Assembly (NCBI GenBank): GCA_039030075.1
Contig: JBCCEW010000004.1
Span: 25,826-89,825, forward strand
Origin: Myxococcota bacterium
Lineage (GTDB): Bacteria > Myxococcota_A > UBA9160 > SMWR01
Reading direction: 5' to 3'
DNA: 64,000 bases
This document shows positions 1-9,745 of the stretch, piece by piece. Position 1 is the stretch's first letter. Each line of letters opens with the position of its first letter. A program made the translations under genes and the position numbers. The notes beneath the pieces were generated by a model. It ran no database searches, had not been told where the DNA came from, and was given only the letters and a program-made list of their open reading frames with translations.

Positions 1-705
1 CTCGGCCAGTTCGAGCGGGCCGCCGAGTATGCCGAGACCTCGCTCGCCCTCGCGACTCGCCTTGGCGATCATTTCGGACACGCCCTCGCGCGCTTGGGAG
101 CCGCACACTATCACCGCTTGAGGCACGAGCATCCCGATGCGGAAGCCGTCCTGGTCGAAGGTCTCGAGGACTGCCGGCGACACGATCTGCCTACCGTCGC
201 CGTGGCGCTAGCGGCAGAGCTCGGCCTCGTGCGCGCCGAGCGCGAGGCGAGTGACATCGCTGACCCGATGGCGGACCTCGAGCGGATCACCGACATCGCC
301 GACGATCAGCAGATCCCTCGGTGGTCCCTCGACCTTCGCCTCCTCGCACTCTCGCAGCTGGCCTTGCGTCTGGGCCAGCCGGCAATCGCTTTGCAGCGCG
401 CCGCAGAGGCCTGCCAGGTGAGCCGCGATCACGGGGATCTCGGCACCCTCGGCTGGAGCCTTGTCGCTCGGGCACGGGCGGCCCGAGCCACCGGCGGCGA
501 ACGACCCGACAGCCACCTCGACGAAGCCGCCGCCCTCGCCCTGCGCGGAAACCGCACCCCGCTCCAGGCCGAAGTACTCTTCGCGCGAGCCGAGGTTGCC
601 GCGGGGCGCGCGAGGGAGCGTCACGCGCAGGTCGCCGCGCGGGCGTTCAAGGCGCTCGGCCTCGATACGCGTAGCGACGCCGCGCACGCGATGGCGAGCG
701 CCTAG
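1..705 (+). CDS. TPR/helical-repeat regulator-like protein, C-terminal fragment (N-terminus upstream of window)
   Basis: Frame 1 is open from nt 1 (LGQFERAAEYAETSLALATRLGDHFGHALARL...) and continuous with ORF 94..705; Ala/Leu-rich helical hairpin repeats typical of TPR-like tails of large ATPase regulators; no HTH seen. Confidence 0.45.
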   Translation, partial: LGQFERAAEYAETSLALATRLGDHFGHALARLGAAHYHRLRHEHPDAEAVLVEGLEDCRRHDLPTVAVALAAELGLVRAEREASDIADPMADLERITDIADDQQIPRWSLDLRLLALSQLALRLGQPAIALQRAAEACQVSRDHGDLGTLGWSLVARARAARATGGERPDSHLDEAAALALRGNRTPLQAEVLFARAEVAAGRARERHAQVAARAFKALGLDTRSDAAHAMASA

Positions 706-720
706 CCCGCCTCCGAGCCC

Positions 721-2007
721 TCAGGCGAAGCGGTTGTCGGACAGGTCGCGAATCGCCTGCATGCTCGGCATGAAGAAATAGGCACCGCCTCTGAACCGGG
801 TGAAGGTCGGAAGCTCCTTCTCGGGAAGGCCCGGGATGCGAATGCGCCCGCGTGGGCCCGGCGTGCTGGCACCAAAGGGGTCGCGTCCCCAGCCACCCCC
901 GAAGCTCATCGAGTTCATCCAACGTCGCTGAATGAACTCGAACTGGCCCTCGAGATCCGCGTTGAGAGCAATGAACAGGAGCCCACGCGATCCTTCGTCG
1001 TTCGCCGGAACCTCCTCGTCCAAGGAGCCCGGGAAGCCACTCACGGGCTCCCCGTAAGGAATCCCGCGCCGCACGATTCGACGTTCCTCCGTCGTGACGC
1101 GCCGGGGGTTCGAGCGCCGGATGTGGGCGCTCTGCGCGGTTCGTCCCGGACTCGCCTCGTCGTCGAACTCGAAGTCGTTGTGGTCATGAAGGAGCTCCCC
1201 CGGATCATCGGGAAAGAGTTCGACGGGCGCCCCGTTCCGCCAACGTCCCATCATCAACGCCGCGACGTTCTCGGGCGTGAAGCGTCGCCCCTGCACGAAC
1301 CGCCGGAACTCCGCCACGTCCTGTTCGATCTTGCGGAAGACCAGATAGCTTCCGAGCCGGAGCAGTCTTCGCAGGGTAGGGTCTCCACCGGACGGCGGGA
1401 AGCAGAGGAGACGCGAAAGCGGGTACCTCGAACGCCACTTCATCTGTTCGGTCCAGACGGGCTGGCTGATGCCATCGCGGAAACCGAAATGCTCTCGGCC
1501 CTCCACCAGGCGACGCCCCTTCTCGACATGGACGCGTCGAACCGACGCACCCGACAGGAGCGCCCGACGGTGGACCGCATCCTCGAGTTTCGCCTCGTCG
1601 TCCGCGTAGAGGCTCAGGAGCGCGTGGGGCTGCCTCCCCACCTTGTCTCGCAGATCGCGATCCCACGCGTCGAGGGTCGGAGGATCGCCGAGGGTGGCCC
1701 GGCGCTCCCACATGCCCGCGCGAAACGCTTCGGGAAAGCCTTCGACCAACGAATCGTCCACGCCAAGCGCCCGCATCCCGTCACTCGAGATCGCCACGGT
1801 CGAGAGCACCTCTGAAGGCGGTTGACCTCGCGGCCAGAGCTGGCCATCAGTGAGGTCCTGGTCCCCGAGCCAGGCGCGCGCTCCGGCTGCGTCGTCGAAA
1901 CGGACGAAGACGAAGCGCGCGTGACGGGCTCGGAGACCACGCAGGACGTTGGCCTGCACGTCGGACGTGAAATCCCCCGTGGTCGCGTCCGGGTGCAGCG
2001 AGGTCAT
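721..2007 (-). CDS. Dyp-type (dye-decolorizing) heme peroxidase
   Basis: Motifs HFGFRDGISQP, AHIRRSNPR (proximal His) and FEFIQRRW are hallmark DyP sequences; start refined to MTSLHPDATT (ATG overlaps stop of upstream gene as ATGA); the 5' part of ORF 721..2334 is out of frame. Confidence 0.85.
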   Translation of the reverse strand: MTSLHPDATTGDFTSDVQANVLRGLRARHARFVFVRFDDAAGARAWLGDQDLTDGQLWPRGQPPSEVLSTVAISSDGMRALGVDDSLVEGFPEAFRAGMWERRATLGDPPTLDAWDRDLRDKVGRQPHALLSLYADDEAKLEDAVHRRALLSGASVRRVHVEKGRRLVEGREHFGFRDGISQPVWTEQMKWRSRYPLSRLLCFPPSGGDPTLRRLLRLGSYLVFRKIEQDVAEFRRFVQGRRFTPENVAALMMGRWRNGAPVELFPDDPGELLHDHNDFEFDDEASPGRTAQSAHIRRSNPRRVTTEERRIVRRGIPYGEPVSGFPGSLDEEVPANDEGSRGLLFIALNADLEGQFEFIQRRWMNSMSFGGGWGRDPFGASTPGPRGRIRIPGLPEKELPTFTRFRGGAYFFMPSMQAIRDLSDNRFA

Positions 2008-2738
2008 TGCTCTTGCGAACCCGACGGTGTGCCGACGATCGGATCGAGCGTGTTCAGCAGCTTCTCGACGGCCTCCCGGGCATCGGATCCGAGGCCGTCG
2101 AGCGACTCGCGCGCTCGGTCCAGCTCCGTGCCGACTCGCAGGAGCCGCTCGTTGTCCTGCTTCAGCTCGTCGATCCGAGTCGGACTCGTATCCGTGTGTT
2201 GCACGAAGAAGGTCAGCGCCTGCTTGTCGCTGTGGTTGTCGACGAGACCGGTCCGTACGACCAGATCGACGAATGCCGTGGAGAGCTGGTGGGCAGGCGC
2301 GGGGTTCTCGAAGACGAGGTCGACGCCCTCGCAATGCCGCCAGAACACCTCGAGCGCTTCACGGTACTTGTCCGACATCTCGTCGATGTAGTCCTGCTCG
2401 TCTTCGTGCTCGTCCCAGAACTCGGTCTGGAAGGACACGAATAGCTGGCGGCCCTTCTCGTGGAGTCCGAGCTTTACGAAATACAGGCTCTTGACGTCGT
2501 AGAACGGCGAGGATCGGTCCACTACGCGCTGCTGGAACCACTTGAGCAGGATTTCCATGCTCTCCTGCCAAGTGAACTCGGCGATGTTCACGTCCGTGCG
2601 ATTCAACGCGGCGTTCAACATCGCCGTGTGGTTCTCGTGGTAGCGGTGGTCGGCTTGCACGTTCCCCGTGCGAAGCGGGAGCAGCACGTCCCAGACGGAC
2701 ACGCCGCCCTGGTGAATTTGCGCGATTCGATTGGCCAT
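2004..2738 (-). CDS. hypothetical protein co-transcribed with DyP peroxidase (4-nt overlap)
   Basis: 244-aa ORF with strong RBS (AAGGAGAAACC-ATG); stop overlaps the DyP start; no family recognised. Confidence 0.6.
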   Translation of the reverse strand: MANRIAQIHQGGVSVWDVLLPLRTGNVQADHRYHENHTAMLNAALNRTDVNIAEFTWQESMEILLKWFQQRVVDRSSPFYDVKSLYFVKLGLHEKGRQLFVSFQTEFWDEHEDEQDYIDEMSDKYREALEVFWRHCEGVDLVFENPAPAHQLSTAFVDLVVRTGLVDNHSDKQALTFFVQHTDTSPTRIDELKQDNERLLRVGTELDRARESLDGLGSDAREAVEKLLNTLDPIVGTPSGSQEQ

Positions 2739-3133
2739 GGGTTTCTCCTTGGGGTCAGGTACGAGACGTCATCATCAGAGATCGCGACGCACGCGGCTGT
2801 CAAGGAGTTGACAGCAGGTGATTTTCTCCATCTCCGCCGTCGGATACCGAAGACCGCGCCGGGGTTCGCCCATCTGTAGAGCCGTGTGCGGGATCGCGCC
2901 GTAGCGTCGGGTTGGCTTCTTCGAGGAAGCACCCTGCCCGAAACCGAGCCTGAAGATCTCGAAGCAGTCCAGGCGATCAAGACCGGCCCAGGCGAGTACG
3001 GACTCGTGGTGGTCGCCGACGGGCATCAGCCACAGAGGACCAGCACGCTCGACCAGGAAGACCTGGACTTGGTGGTCGCGTTGGAGCGCTCGCCCGACTC
3101 GAGTGACGACCCGGATCGCTGAACCCGCTTGCG

Positions 3134-3838
3134 CTAGGCATCGCCGTCGACGAACGTGCGCAGCGCCTCCCAATCGTGCACGGTCACGTAGCCGCGTCCG
3201 TGCTCGAGGAGTCCTTCCCGCTGCCAGCTCATCAGCATCTTGTTGACGCTGACCCGCGTGATCCCGGTTGCTTCTGCCAGCTCCTGCTGCGAGAGCCCAT
3301 GTCGAATGTGCTGTCCGCCCCCGTCGGTGGGCTCGCCGTAGCGCGTTGCCAGCACGTCGAGACGCCGTGCGAACCGCCGGGGCACGTCCATGAGGACGGC
3401 ATCCTCGACGAAGGCCGTCGTCTCGCGGATTCGCGCGCAGAGTACCTGGAGGAGCTGGACGGCGAGACCCGGGGATTCCTCGAGCATCGGCTTCACGTCG
3501 CGCCGTTGAAGAACCAGCGCCTCGGTATCGAGGTCCGCCGTGGCCGTTGCCGTGCGCGGCCCTCCGTCGAGGAGCGCGATTTCGCCATGCACCTCGCCGG
3601 GGTTGATGAGGTTGAGGATCACCTCGTTTCCCTCGGGAGAGAGTGACGAGATCACCACCCTGCCCGAGACCACGACCATCATCGATTCACCCGAGTCGTT
3701 GCGCCGATACAGGACGGTCCTCGCGGGATAGCGACGCGCGATCGCCACGCTCGCCAGCTTTTCGAGAACGTCGTCGGACAAGGAACGGAACAGGGAAGAT
3801 GAACGGATCCACTCGGCTTCGCTGCGAGGATTGGGCAT
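3134..3838 (-). CDS. Crp/Fnr family transcriptional regulator
   Basis: N-terminal cNMP-binding-like beta-roll (GEVHGEIALLDGGPRTATATA) and C-terminal HTH (SQQELAEATGITRVSVNKMLMSWQREGLL). Confidence 0.85.
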   Translation of the reverse strand: MPNPRSEAEWIRSSSLFRSLSDDVLEKLASVAIARRYPARTVLYRRNDSGESMMVVVSGRVVISSLSPEGNEVILNLINPGEVHGEIALLDGGPRTATATADLDTEALVLQRRDVKPMLEESPGLAVQLLQVLCARIRETTAFVEDAVLMDVPRRFARRLDVLATRYGEPTDGGGQHIRHGLSQQELAEATGITRVSVNKMLMSWQREGLLEHGRGYVTVHDWEALRTFVDGDA

Positions 3839-3914
3839 GACCCTGTGATTCTACGGCCTCTGGCCTCCGCACATCCAGCATGCCGGGCAGGATCCCTACA
3901 CCATGCGACGCTTC

Positions 3915-4577
3915 TCAGCCCGGCTCCAGTCCCGCGACGATCGCCTTGAGATTCGCGTCGAAGGTGGCGTCGAAGTCGAAGTCGATGCCGTCGGTCGTCC
4001 AGGCGAGGTTCGGGAACGAGGCGCGTTCTTCGGCCGACAGCTGGAAGACGCGGAAGCCGCCGGAGCCGTGCTCGGCCTCGAGCCGAGCGAAGTGCTCCAG
4101 CCCCTGCACCGCCGAGAACGCGTAGTTCACGACGAGGCTGTAGGCGCGCCAGGCGCCCAGCGCGGAGAACCCGGCTTCGCGCAGCACACCGATGGCGTGG
4201 TCGACGATGGCGAAGGCACTCGGCGTGGCCGGGCCGATCTTCGTGCCGTACTCGGCAGCGCCCGGCATCGCGAGCAAGGTGTCGCGGAACCCGTGGGCGA
4301 GCGCCTCGAGGTAGGGGCGCCATTCCAATGAGGCGTCCGGCAGCACGATCCGCGCACAGTACGCCTCCATGGCGAGGGCGAGGAGTTCGTCGCGCGAACC
4401 GACGTGGCGATAGAGGGCGGTGGCCGTCACCCCGAGGTGCCGGGCAACGCTGTGCATCGAGAAACGGTTCACGCCCACGTCGAGCACGGCGCGCACGATG
4501 GCGTCCTGGCTGAGCGGGGCTCGCGCCGCGGCTCGCGCCTCCTTGCTGATGGAGTCCTTGCTTCCCGATGCGGGCAC
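3915..4577 (-). CDS. TetR/AcrR family transcriptional regulator
   Basis: N-terminal TetR HTH (LSQDAIVRAVLDVGVNRFSMHSVARHLGVTATALYRHVGSRDELL); divergent from LLM oxidoreductase/transporter genes. Confidence 0.85.
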   Translation of the reverse strand: MPASGSKDSISKEARAAARAPLSQDAIVRAVLDVGVNRFSMHSVARHLGVTATALYRHVGSRDELLALAMEAYCARIVLPDASLEWRPYLEALAHGFRDTLLAMPGAAEYGTKIGPATPSAFAIVDHAIGVLREAGFSALGAWRAYSLVVNYAFSAVQGLEHFARLEAEHGSGGFRVFQLSAEERASFPNLAWTTDGIDFDFDATFDANLKAIVAGLEPG

Positions 4578-4649
4578 CGCGTGGCAATCCCTCTACTGGA
4601 CGTGTCGTGGCCCGCTCGGTGGCTTGGAGACTTCACGGGTGATCGTGGT

Positions 4650-4668
4650 GAAAATGATTGTCATTTTC
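4650..4668. promoter_or_regulatory. perfect palindrome GAAAATGA-ttg-TCATTTTC in TetR/LLM divergent intergenic region; candidate TetR operator
   Basis: 8-bp inverted arms with 3-bp spacer in the only AT-rich stretch between the divergent genes at 4577 and 4732. Confidence 0.5.
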
Positions 4669-4731
4669 ATGATAACACCATTAACATGGGTCGCGAGGGC
4701 TGGCCTCTCTGCCCTCGTGGAGGAACCGGCC

Positions 4732-5787
4732 ATGTCCGTCGACCCCGCCGCCGGCCGCGCAGCCTGCCGTTTCGGCCTCTTCCTCAACATGGGCGCGAAC
4801 CTCGCCGCCCGCCCCGAGGAGATCTTCGCGTTCACTCTCGAGCAGGCGGACCTCGCCGAGCGCCTCGGCCTCCACGATCTCTGGCTCTCCGAGCACCACT
4901 TCATTCCTTTCGGACTCGACCCGAGCGCGCTGACGGCGGCCGGGTTCTTGCTCGGAAGAACCCGGCGACTGCGCGTCGGCACTGCGGTCGTCCTGGCACC
5001 GCTGCTCGAACCGATCGATCTTGCCGAACGTGCCGCCCTGTTGGATCAGATGAGCGGGGGGCGCTTCGACCTCGGGCTCGGACGCGGCGGCTACCTGCGT
5101 GACTACGAGGTCTTCGGCGTGGACACGAAGCGGTGGGACGAGGAGCCCGTCCGCTCGCTTTCGACGCTGCTCGACCTCTGGTCGGGGAACGAGGAACGCC
5201 GCGCGCGGGTCGATGTCGGCGGTGCCATGCGCGTAGAGCCGCAGCCCTTCTCGCCGCAGGGTCCGCCCCTGTTTGCCGCGACGAGCTCGCCCGGGGGTCT
5301 CGCCTTCGCCGCCCGGAACGGGCTTCCCTTGCAGCACTACTTCGCCATGCCGGCCCAGGGGCGCGTGGCGGTCGAAGCGCAGTACGAGAAGGAACGACCG
5401 GACGCGGTCGACCCTCCGGAACACCTGCACACCCTGATCGTGCACGTCACCAGCGAGCCCGACCGCGATCGCGAGCGACTCCGCGAGGCCCTGACCACCT
5501 CCTTCCAGGACGGCGACTGGCCGGCGGTGCCCGGCGCCGAGGGGCGCCACCGAGACGCTGACGGCAACCCGGTGGACCGGGCAGCGATGGCCACAGGCGT
5601 CGCCGACGGGGCGATTCTCGGTGACCCCCAGCAGGTCGCGGAAGCACTCCGGGCCTTCATCGACACCACGGGAGCGCGCCGGATCGCGCTCTACGCGGAG
5701 GCCATCGCGGACCGCGAAGCGACCCTCGCCTCGATCGAGCGCTTCGCCAAAGAGGTCGCTCCGAGACTTCAGGGAGGAATGGGATGA
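4732..5787 (+). CDS. LLM-class flavin-dependent oxidoreductase (luciferase-like monooxygenase family)
   Basis: MSVDPAAGRAACRFGLFLNMGANLAARPEE...LWLSEHHF... typical TIM-barrel LLM N-terminus; start refined to ATG at 4732 inside ORF 4420..5787. Confidence 0.8.
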   Translation: MSVDPAAGRAACRFGLFLNMGANLAARPEEIFAFTLEQADLAERLGLHDLWLSEHHFIPFGLDPSALTAAGFLLGRTRRLRVGTAVVLAPLLEPIDLAERAALLDQMSGGRFDLGLGRGGYLRDYEVFGVDTKRWDEEPVRSLSTLLDLWSGNEERRARVDVGGAMRVEPQPFSPQGPPLFAATSSPGGLAFAARNGLPLQHYFAMPAQGRVAVEAQYEKERPDAVDPPEHLHTLIVHVTSEPDRDRERLREALTTSFQDGDWPAVPGAEGRHRDADGNPVDRAAMATGVADGAILGDPQQVAEALRAFIDTTGARRIALYAEAIADREATLASIERFAKEVAPRLQGGMG

Positions 5788-5833
5788 CCGGGACCACCTC
5801 GGGACGTAGCGCCGCCCACCGCGAGCAAGACCG

Positions 5834-8206
5834 ATGAGAGTCGAGCGGTTCAACCAGGCTTTCCGTCGAGTCGGCGCCTTCCAGCTCCGCCATCGCTTCT
5901 GGTTCCTGGTCGCCGCGCTGACGCTCGTGGCGGTGGGCGTGTCGGGAGTGGGTCAGGTCTCGATCAACGTGTCGCGCGATAGCTGGTTCGACGACAGCGA
6001 GGCCATCTCGATCGCGACCGAGCGCTTCGAAGACCGGTTCGGGAACAACGACACGATCGGCATTCTGGTCACCGCGCCCGACGTGCTCCACCCCGAGGTG
6101 CTCACCGCGATTCGCGCCCTCGGCAATGAACTCCTCGACGACGTTCCCCACGCCGACGCGGTGAACTCGCTCGTCGAACTCGAGATCTCGGTGGGCACAC
6201 CGGATGGCGTCGAGATCATCAATCCCTTCGAGGACGGGATCCCGACCGATCCGGACCGGCTCGAGGAGATCCGCGCGCTCCTGCTCTCAAGGCCGGCGCT
6301 GGCCAACCGCCTCTTCTCGGACGACTTCACGGAGACCTGGCTCACACTCGAGCTCCACGAGTACCCGGAAGAAGAAGAGTGGTCCCAGCAGGAGGACGCC
6401 CAGGAACCGATGTTCGACATCGGCGAAGCGGCGATCGCAATCGTCACCGACCCGAAATGGGAAAGCGACCGCTTCACCCTGAAGGCGGCCGGGCTCCCCT
6501 ACACCGAGACCGAGGAACGCGACTACTTCGGGGCCGAGGCCCAGAAACGGGTCGTGTCGGGATTCGGTCTGATGGTGTTGCTGCTCAGCGTCTTCCTGCG
6601 TTCGGTTCGCGGCGTGCTCGTCCCGGTCTTCACGACGGTGATGGGCGTCGTCGTGGTCTTCGGGATCATGGGTTGGCTCGGCATCGCCATCGACGCAACG
6701 CTCGTCACGCTCCCGATCCTGCTCGGGATGGCGCTCTCGGTCAGCTACTCGATCCATATCGTCAACGCCTTCAAGCGCAATCACCGCAAGCATGGGGTGC
6801 GACACGAGGCCGCGATCGCCGCCGTCGAAGAGACCGGCTGGCCCATCGGCTTCACGGCGCTCACGACGATGGGATCGGTGCTGTCGTTCGCAACGGTCGG
6901 GATCGAGACGATTCGCTGGCTGGGCTTTACCTGCGCTGCCGTCGTACTCACCGTCTATCTATTCGTCTCGGTGCTGGTCCCCATCCTGATGAGCTTCGGG
7001 AAGGACCGGGCGCCGGCCGCTGATGCGGGGCAACCGCGCGACTCTGCCTTCGACCGCGGCATGCGCGCGGCCGGAAACCTCGTCATCCAGCGACGGGCAC
7101 TGATGTTGGGGCTCATCGCGCTCTTCGTGATGGTTACGGCGCCGGGAGCCGCTTGGATGCAGGTGAACATGGACATGTTCAAGTTCATCGGTCTCGAGGT
7201 GCCCTACGTGAAACGCGTCTGGGACGTCGCCCACTCCCAGCTCGGTTCCTACCTTTCGTACAACATCACGGTCGAACTCGGGGAGGCCCACGCCATCAAG
7301 GACCCCGAGGTGCTCGAAAAGTTCGACGAATTGATCGAGACAGTAGGCGCCTTCCCACTCACCCAGTCGCACAAGGGCGTGCCCCGGGTCTTCTCGATCC
7401 TCGACATCGTGAAGGAGATGAATCAGACCTTTCATGGGGACGATCCTGCCTTCTACCGGGTCCCCGAGACCCGCGATCTCGTCGCCCAGCTGCTCCTGCT
7501 CTACGAAATCTCCGGTGGCACCAAGACCTTCCGCTGGGTCGACCAGGACTACTCGGTGCTGCGCGCCCAGGTGCAGGTACGGGAGTTCGACGCAAACGAG
7601 GTCGCTCGGGAAATGCGCGTGATCGAGCGCTTCGGCGAGACCCACTTCCCCGGCGCCGAGGTGCACGTCGTCGGATCCGCCGTGCAGTTCGCAGAACTCA
7701 ATCGCAAGATCGTCTCGGGCGAGATCCGCTCACTCCTCACTGCACTCGTCGTCATCGCGGCCCTGATGGTGCTGGTTTTCGGAAGCGTCAAGACGGCGTT
7801 GATCGGCATGCTCCCCAACGTGGCACCGCTCGCCGCCATCGCCGGCTACATGGGCTACTTCGACTCGCCCCTCGACATGATGACCATGACCATCATGCCC
7901 ATGCTCCTCGGCGTCGCCGTCGACGACACGATCCACTTCATCAACCACATGAAGGTCGAGTACGAGCGAAGCGGTGACTACGACCGTGCGATCCGCGAGA
8001 CCTTCTCGACGGTCGGCACGAACCTCGCGATGACGACGATCGTGCTGGGCGGCGCCTTCTTGATGTTCACCCTGTCCCCCATCTCGAACATGGCGCGCAT
8101 CGGCTTCCTGGCGTGCACGGGACTCTTCGTCGCGCTGATCACCGACTATCTGGCCACACCGGCCCTGATCTCGTGGTCGAGGCCCTTCGGCGAGGATCGG
8201 CGGTGA
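5834..8206 (+). CDS. MMPL/RND-superfamily transporter
   Basis: 790 aa with two hydrophobic blocks of multiple TM helices separated by periplasmic-like domains, the architecture of MMPL/HpnN-like RND exporters; downstream of LLM gene under TetR. Confidence 0.7.
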   Translation: MRVERFNQAFRRVGAFQLRHRFWFLVAALTLVAVGVSGVGQVSINVSRDSWFDDSEAISIATERFEDRFGNNDTIGILVTAPDVLHPEVLTAIRALGNELLDDVPHADAVNSLVELEISVGTPDGVEIINPFEDGIPTDPDRLEEIRALLLSRPALANRLFSDDFTETWLTLELHEYPEEEEWSQQEDAQEPMFDIGEAAIAIVTDPKWESDRFTLKAAGLPYTETEERDYFGAEAQKRVVSGFGLMVLLLSVFLRSVRGVLVPVFTTVMGVVVVFGIMGWLGIAIDATLVTLPILLGMALSVSYSIHIVNAFKRNHRKHGVRHEAAIAAVEETGWPIGFTALTTMGSVLSFATVGIETIRWLGFTCAAVVLTVYLFVSVLVPILMSFGKDRAPAADAGQPRDSAFDRGMRAAGNLVIQRRALMLGLIALFVMVTAPGAAWMQVNMDMFKFIGLEVPYVKRVWDVAHSQLGSYLSYNITVELGEAHAIKDPEVLEKFDELIETVGAFPLTQSHKGVPRVFSILDIVKEMNQTFHGDDPAFYRVPETRDLVAQLLLLYEISGGTKTFRWVDQDYSVLRAQVQVREFDANEVAREMRVIERFGETHFPGAEVHVVGSAVQFAELNRKIVSGEIRSLLTALVVIAALMVLVFGSVKTALIGMLPNVAPLAAIAGYMGYFDSPLDMMTMTIMPMLLGVAVDDTIHFINHMKVEYERSGDYDRAIRETFSTVGTNLAMTTIVLGGAFLMFTLSPISNMARIGFLACTGLFVALITDYLATPALISWSRPFGEDRR

Positions 8207-8474
8207 GCATTGGCAGAGCGCGCCACGGCCGGCATCTGCCGGCCCGAACCCTCCGTGACGGCGATTCTTTCACCCAGCTGTGCGAACAGCGTCCGAACCT
8301 GCTCATGTGTCGTCGAGCGACGCGGGCTGCGGTTTGGGGGAGCGCCAGTAGTATCTGACCACTCGAAGCGCGTAGGAGCCTGGCACGTCGCCTCTCCCCA
8401 ATCGCGCCAACGCGACGGTCGTAGCCGCCAGCTCGGGCCAGCAAGCGAAGGGCGTCGAACCTGGAGAAGCCATC

Positions 8475-9656
8475 ATGAGAACCAAAGGAAGCCTGGCTGG
8501 CCGAGCCCTTGCCTTAGCCGCCATCGGTATCGTCACCCTCTCTTCTGCGAGCAGCGCCCAGATCACCGAGATCATCGACATGACCGGTGACGGCGGGGGC
8601 AACATCCTCGACCGCCCGCGGGTCATCGACGTCGACAGCGCGGGGAACGTGTACGTCCCCGGCCAGACCTCGGACAACGCGTTCAAGGTGACGCCAGGGG
8701 GCGTCATCACTGAGATCATCGATTCGACGGGCGATGGGCTGGGCAACATCCTGGATGCCCCGGAGAGCCTGACCGTCGCGGCATCGGGCAACGTGTACGT
8801 GGCCGGCCGCACCTCGGACAACGTCTTCCGCGTGACGCCGGGTGGCGTGATCACCCAGATCCTCGACTCGACCGGAGACGGCACCAACGGTTTCGACAAT
8901 CCCCGGTCGATCACGGTGGACAGCGCCGAGAACGTCTACGTCTCCGGCCTTCTCTCAAACAACGTCTTCCAGATCACTCTGGGCGGAACCATCACGCAGA
9001 TCATCGACGCGACTGGGGATGGTTCGGGCAACACCCTCAGCGCTCCGGACGGTGTGGCCGTGGACACGTCGGGCAACGTCTACGTCGTGGGCAGCGGCAG
9101 CAACAATGCATTCCGCATCGACCCCGTTGGCAGCACGATCACCCAGATCATCGACAACACGGGAGACGGAGCGGGAAACGCGCTCGTCGCCCCGCGTGCC
9201 ATCGCCGTCGCCAACAACGGCAACGCGTACATCGCGGCGTTCTCGGACAATGCGTTCGAGATCACGCCGGGCGGCGTCATCACCGAGATCATCGACTCCT
9301 CCGGCGACGGGCTAGGCAACATTCTCGTCGACGCGCAGGGAGTCGCGGTGAGCTACGCAGGCGTCGTCTACGTCTCGGGGTTCGCCAGCGACAACGTCTT
9401 CCGGATCCCGACGGCCGGGAACACGATCGAAGTGATCGACGCGCTCGGCGATGGCGGGGGGAACTTGCTCAACGTGGGCTACGGCGTGGCCGTGGACAAC
9501 TCCGGCAACGCCTTCGTCGCGGGCCGCAACAGCAACAACGTATTCAAGATCACGAACAACCTGCCGGTTCCCCTGCTGGGGCCCTGGGGCGTATCGCTGC
9601 TGAGCGCCCTGCTCGTCGGCGCAAGCGCCATCGCAGTGCGACGGTCGCGCCAGTAG
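8475..9656 (+). CDS. secreted NHL-repeat beta-propeller protein with PEP-CTERM-like C-terminal sorting signal
   Basis: Signal peptide; about six repeats of GNVYV.G..SDNVF.VTPGGVIT.IIDSTGDG.GN.LD.P; C-terminus LPVPLLGPWGVSLLSALLVGASAIAVRRSRQ (PEP-like motif, TM helix, Arg cluster). Confidence 0.7.
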   Translation: MRTKGSLAGRALALAAIGIVTLSSASSAQITEIIDMTGDGGGNILDRPRVIDVDSAGNVYVPGQTSDNAFKVTPGGVITEIIDSTGDGLGNILDAPESLTVAASGNVYVAGRTSDNVFRVTPGGVITQILDSTGDGTNGFDNPRSITVDSAENVYVSGLLSNNVFQITLGGTITQIIDATGDGSGNTLSAPDGVAVDTSGNVYVVGSGSNNAFRIDPVGSTITQIIDNTGDGAGNALVAPRAIAVANNGNAYIAAFSDNAFEITPGGVITEIIDSSGDGLGNILVDAQGVAVSYAGVVYVSGFASDNVFRIPTAGNTIEVIDALGDGGGNLLNVGYGVAVDNSGNAFVAGRNSNNVFKITNNLPVPLLGPWGVSLLSALLVGASAIAVRRSRQ

Positions 9657-9745
9657 ACAGAGCCGATCGATTGCCGCGCGCGAGCGGGGCGACCTCGATG
9701 GATCGTCGGCTCGGGCTCGCGCTTCTGCGAGGGCCCGGGCCGGCG

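Noticed and set aside
2004-2738. Encapsulin or EfeO-type partner for the DyP peroxidase
   Set aside because: No HK97-fold encapsulin signature, no cupredoxin/M75 EfeO motifs; left as hypothetical
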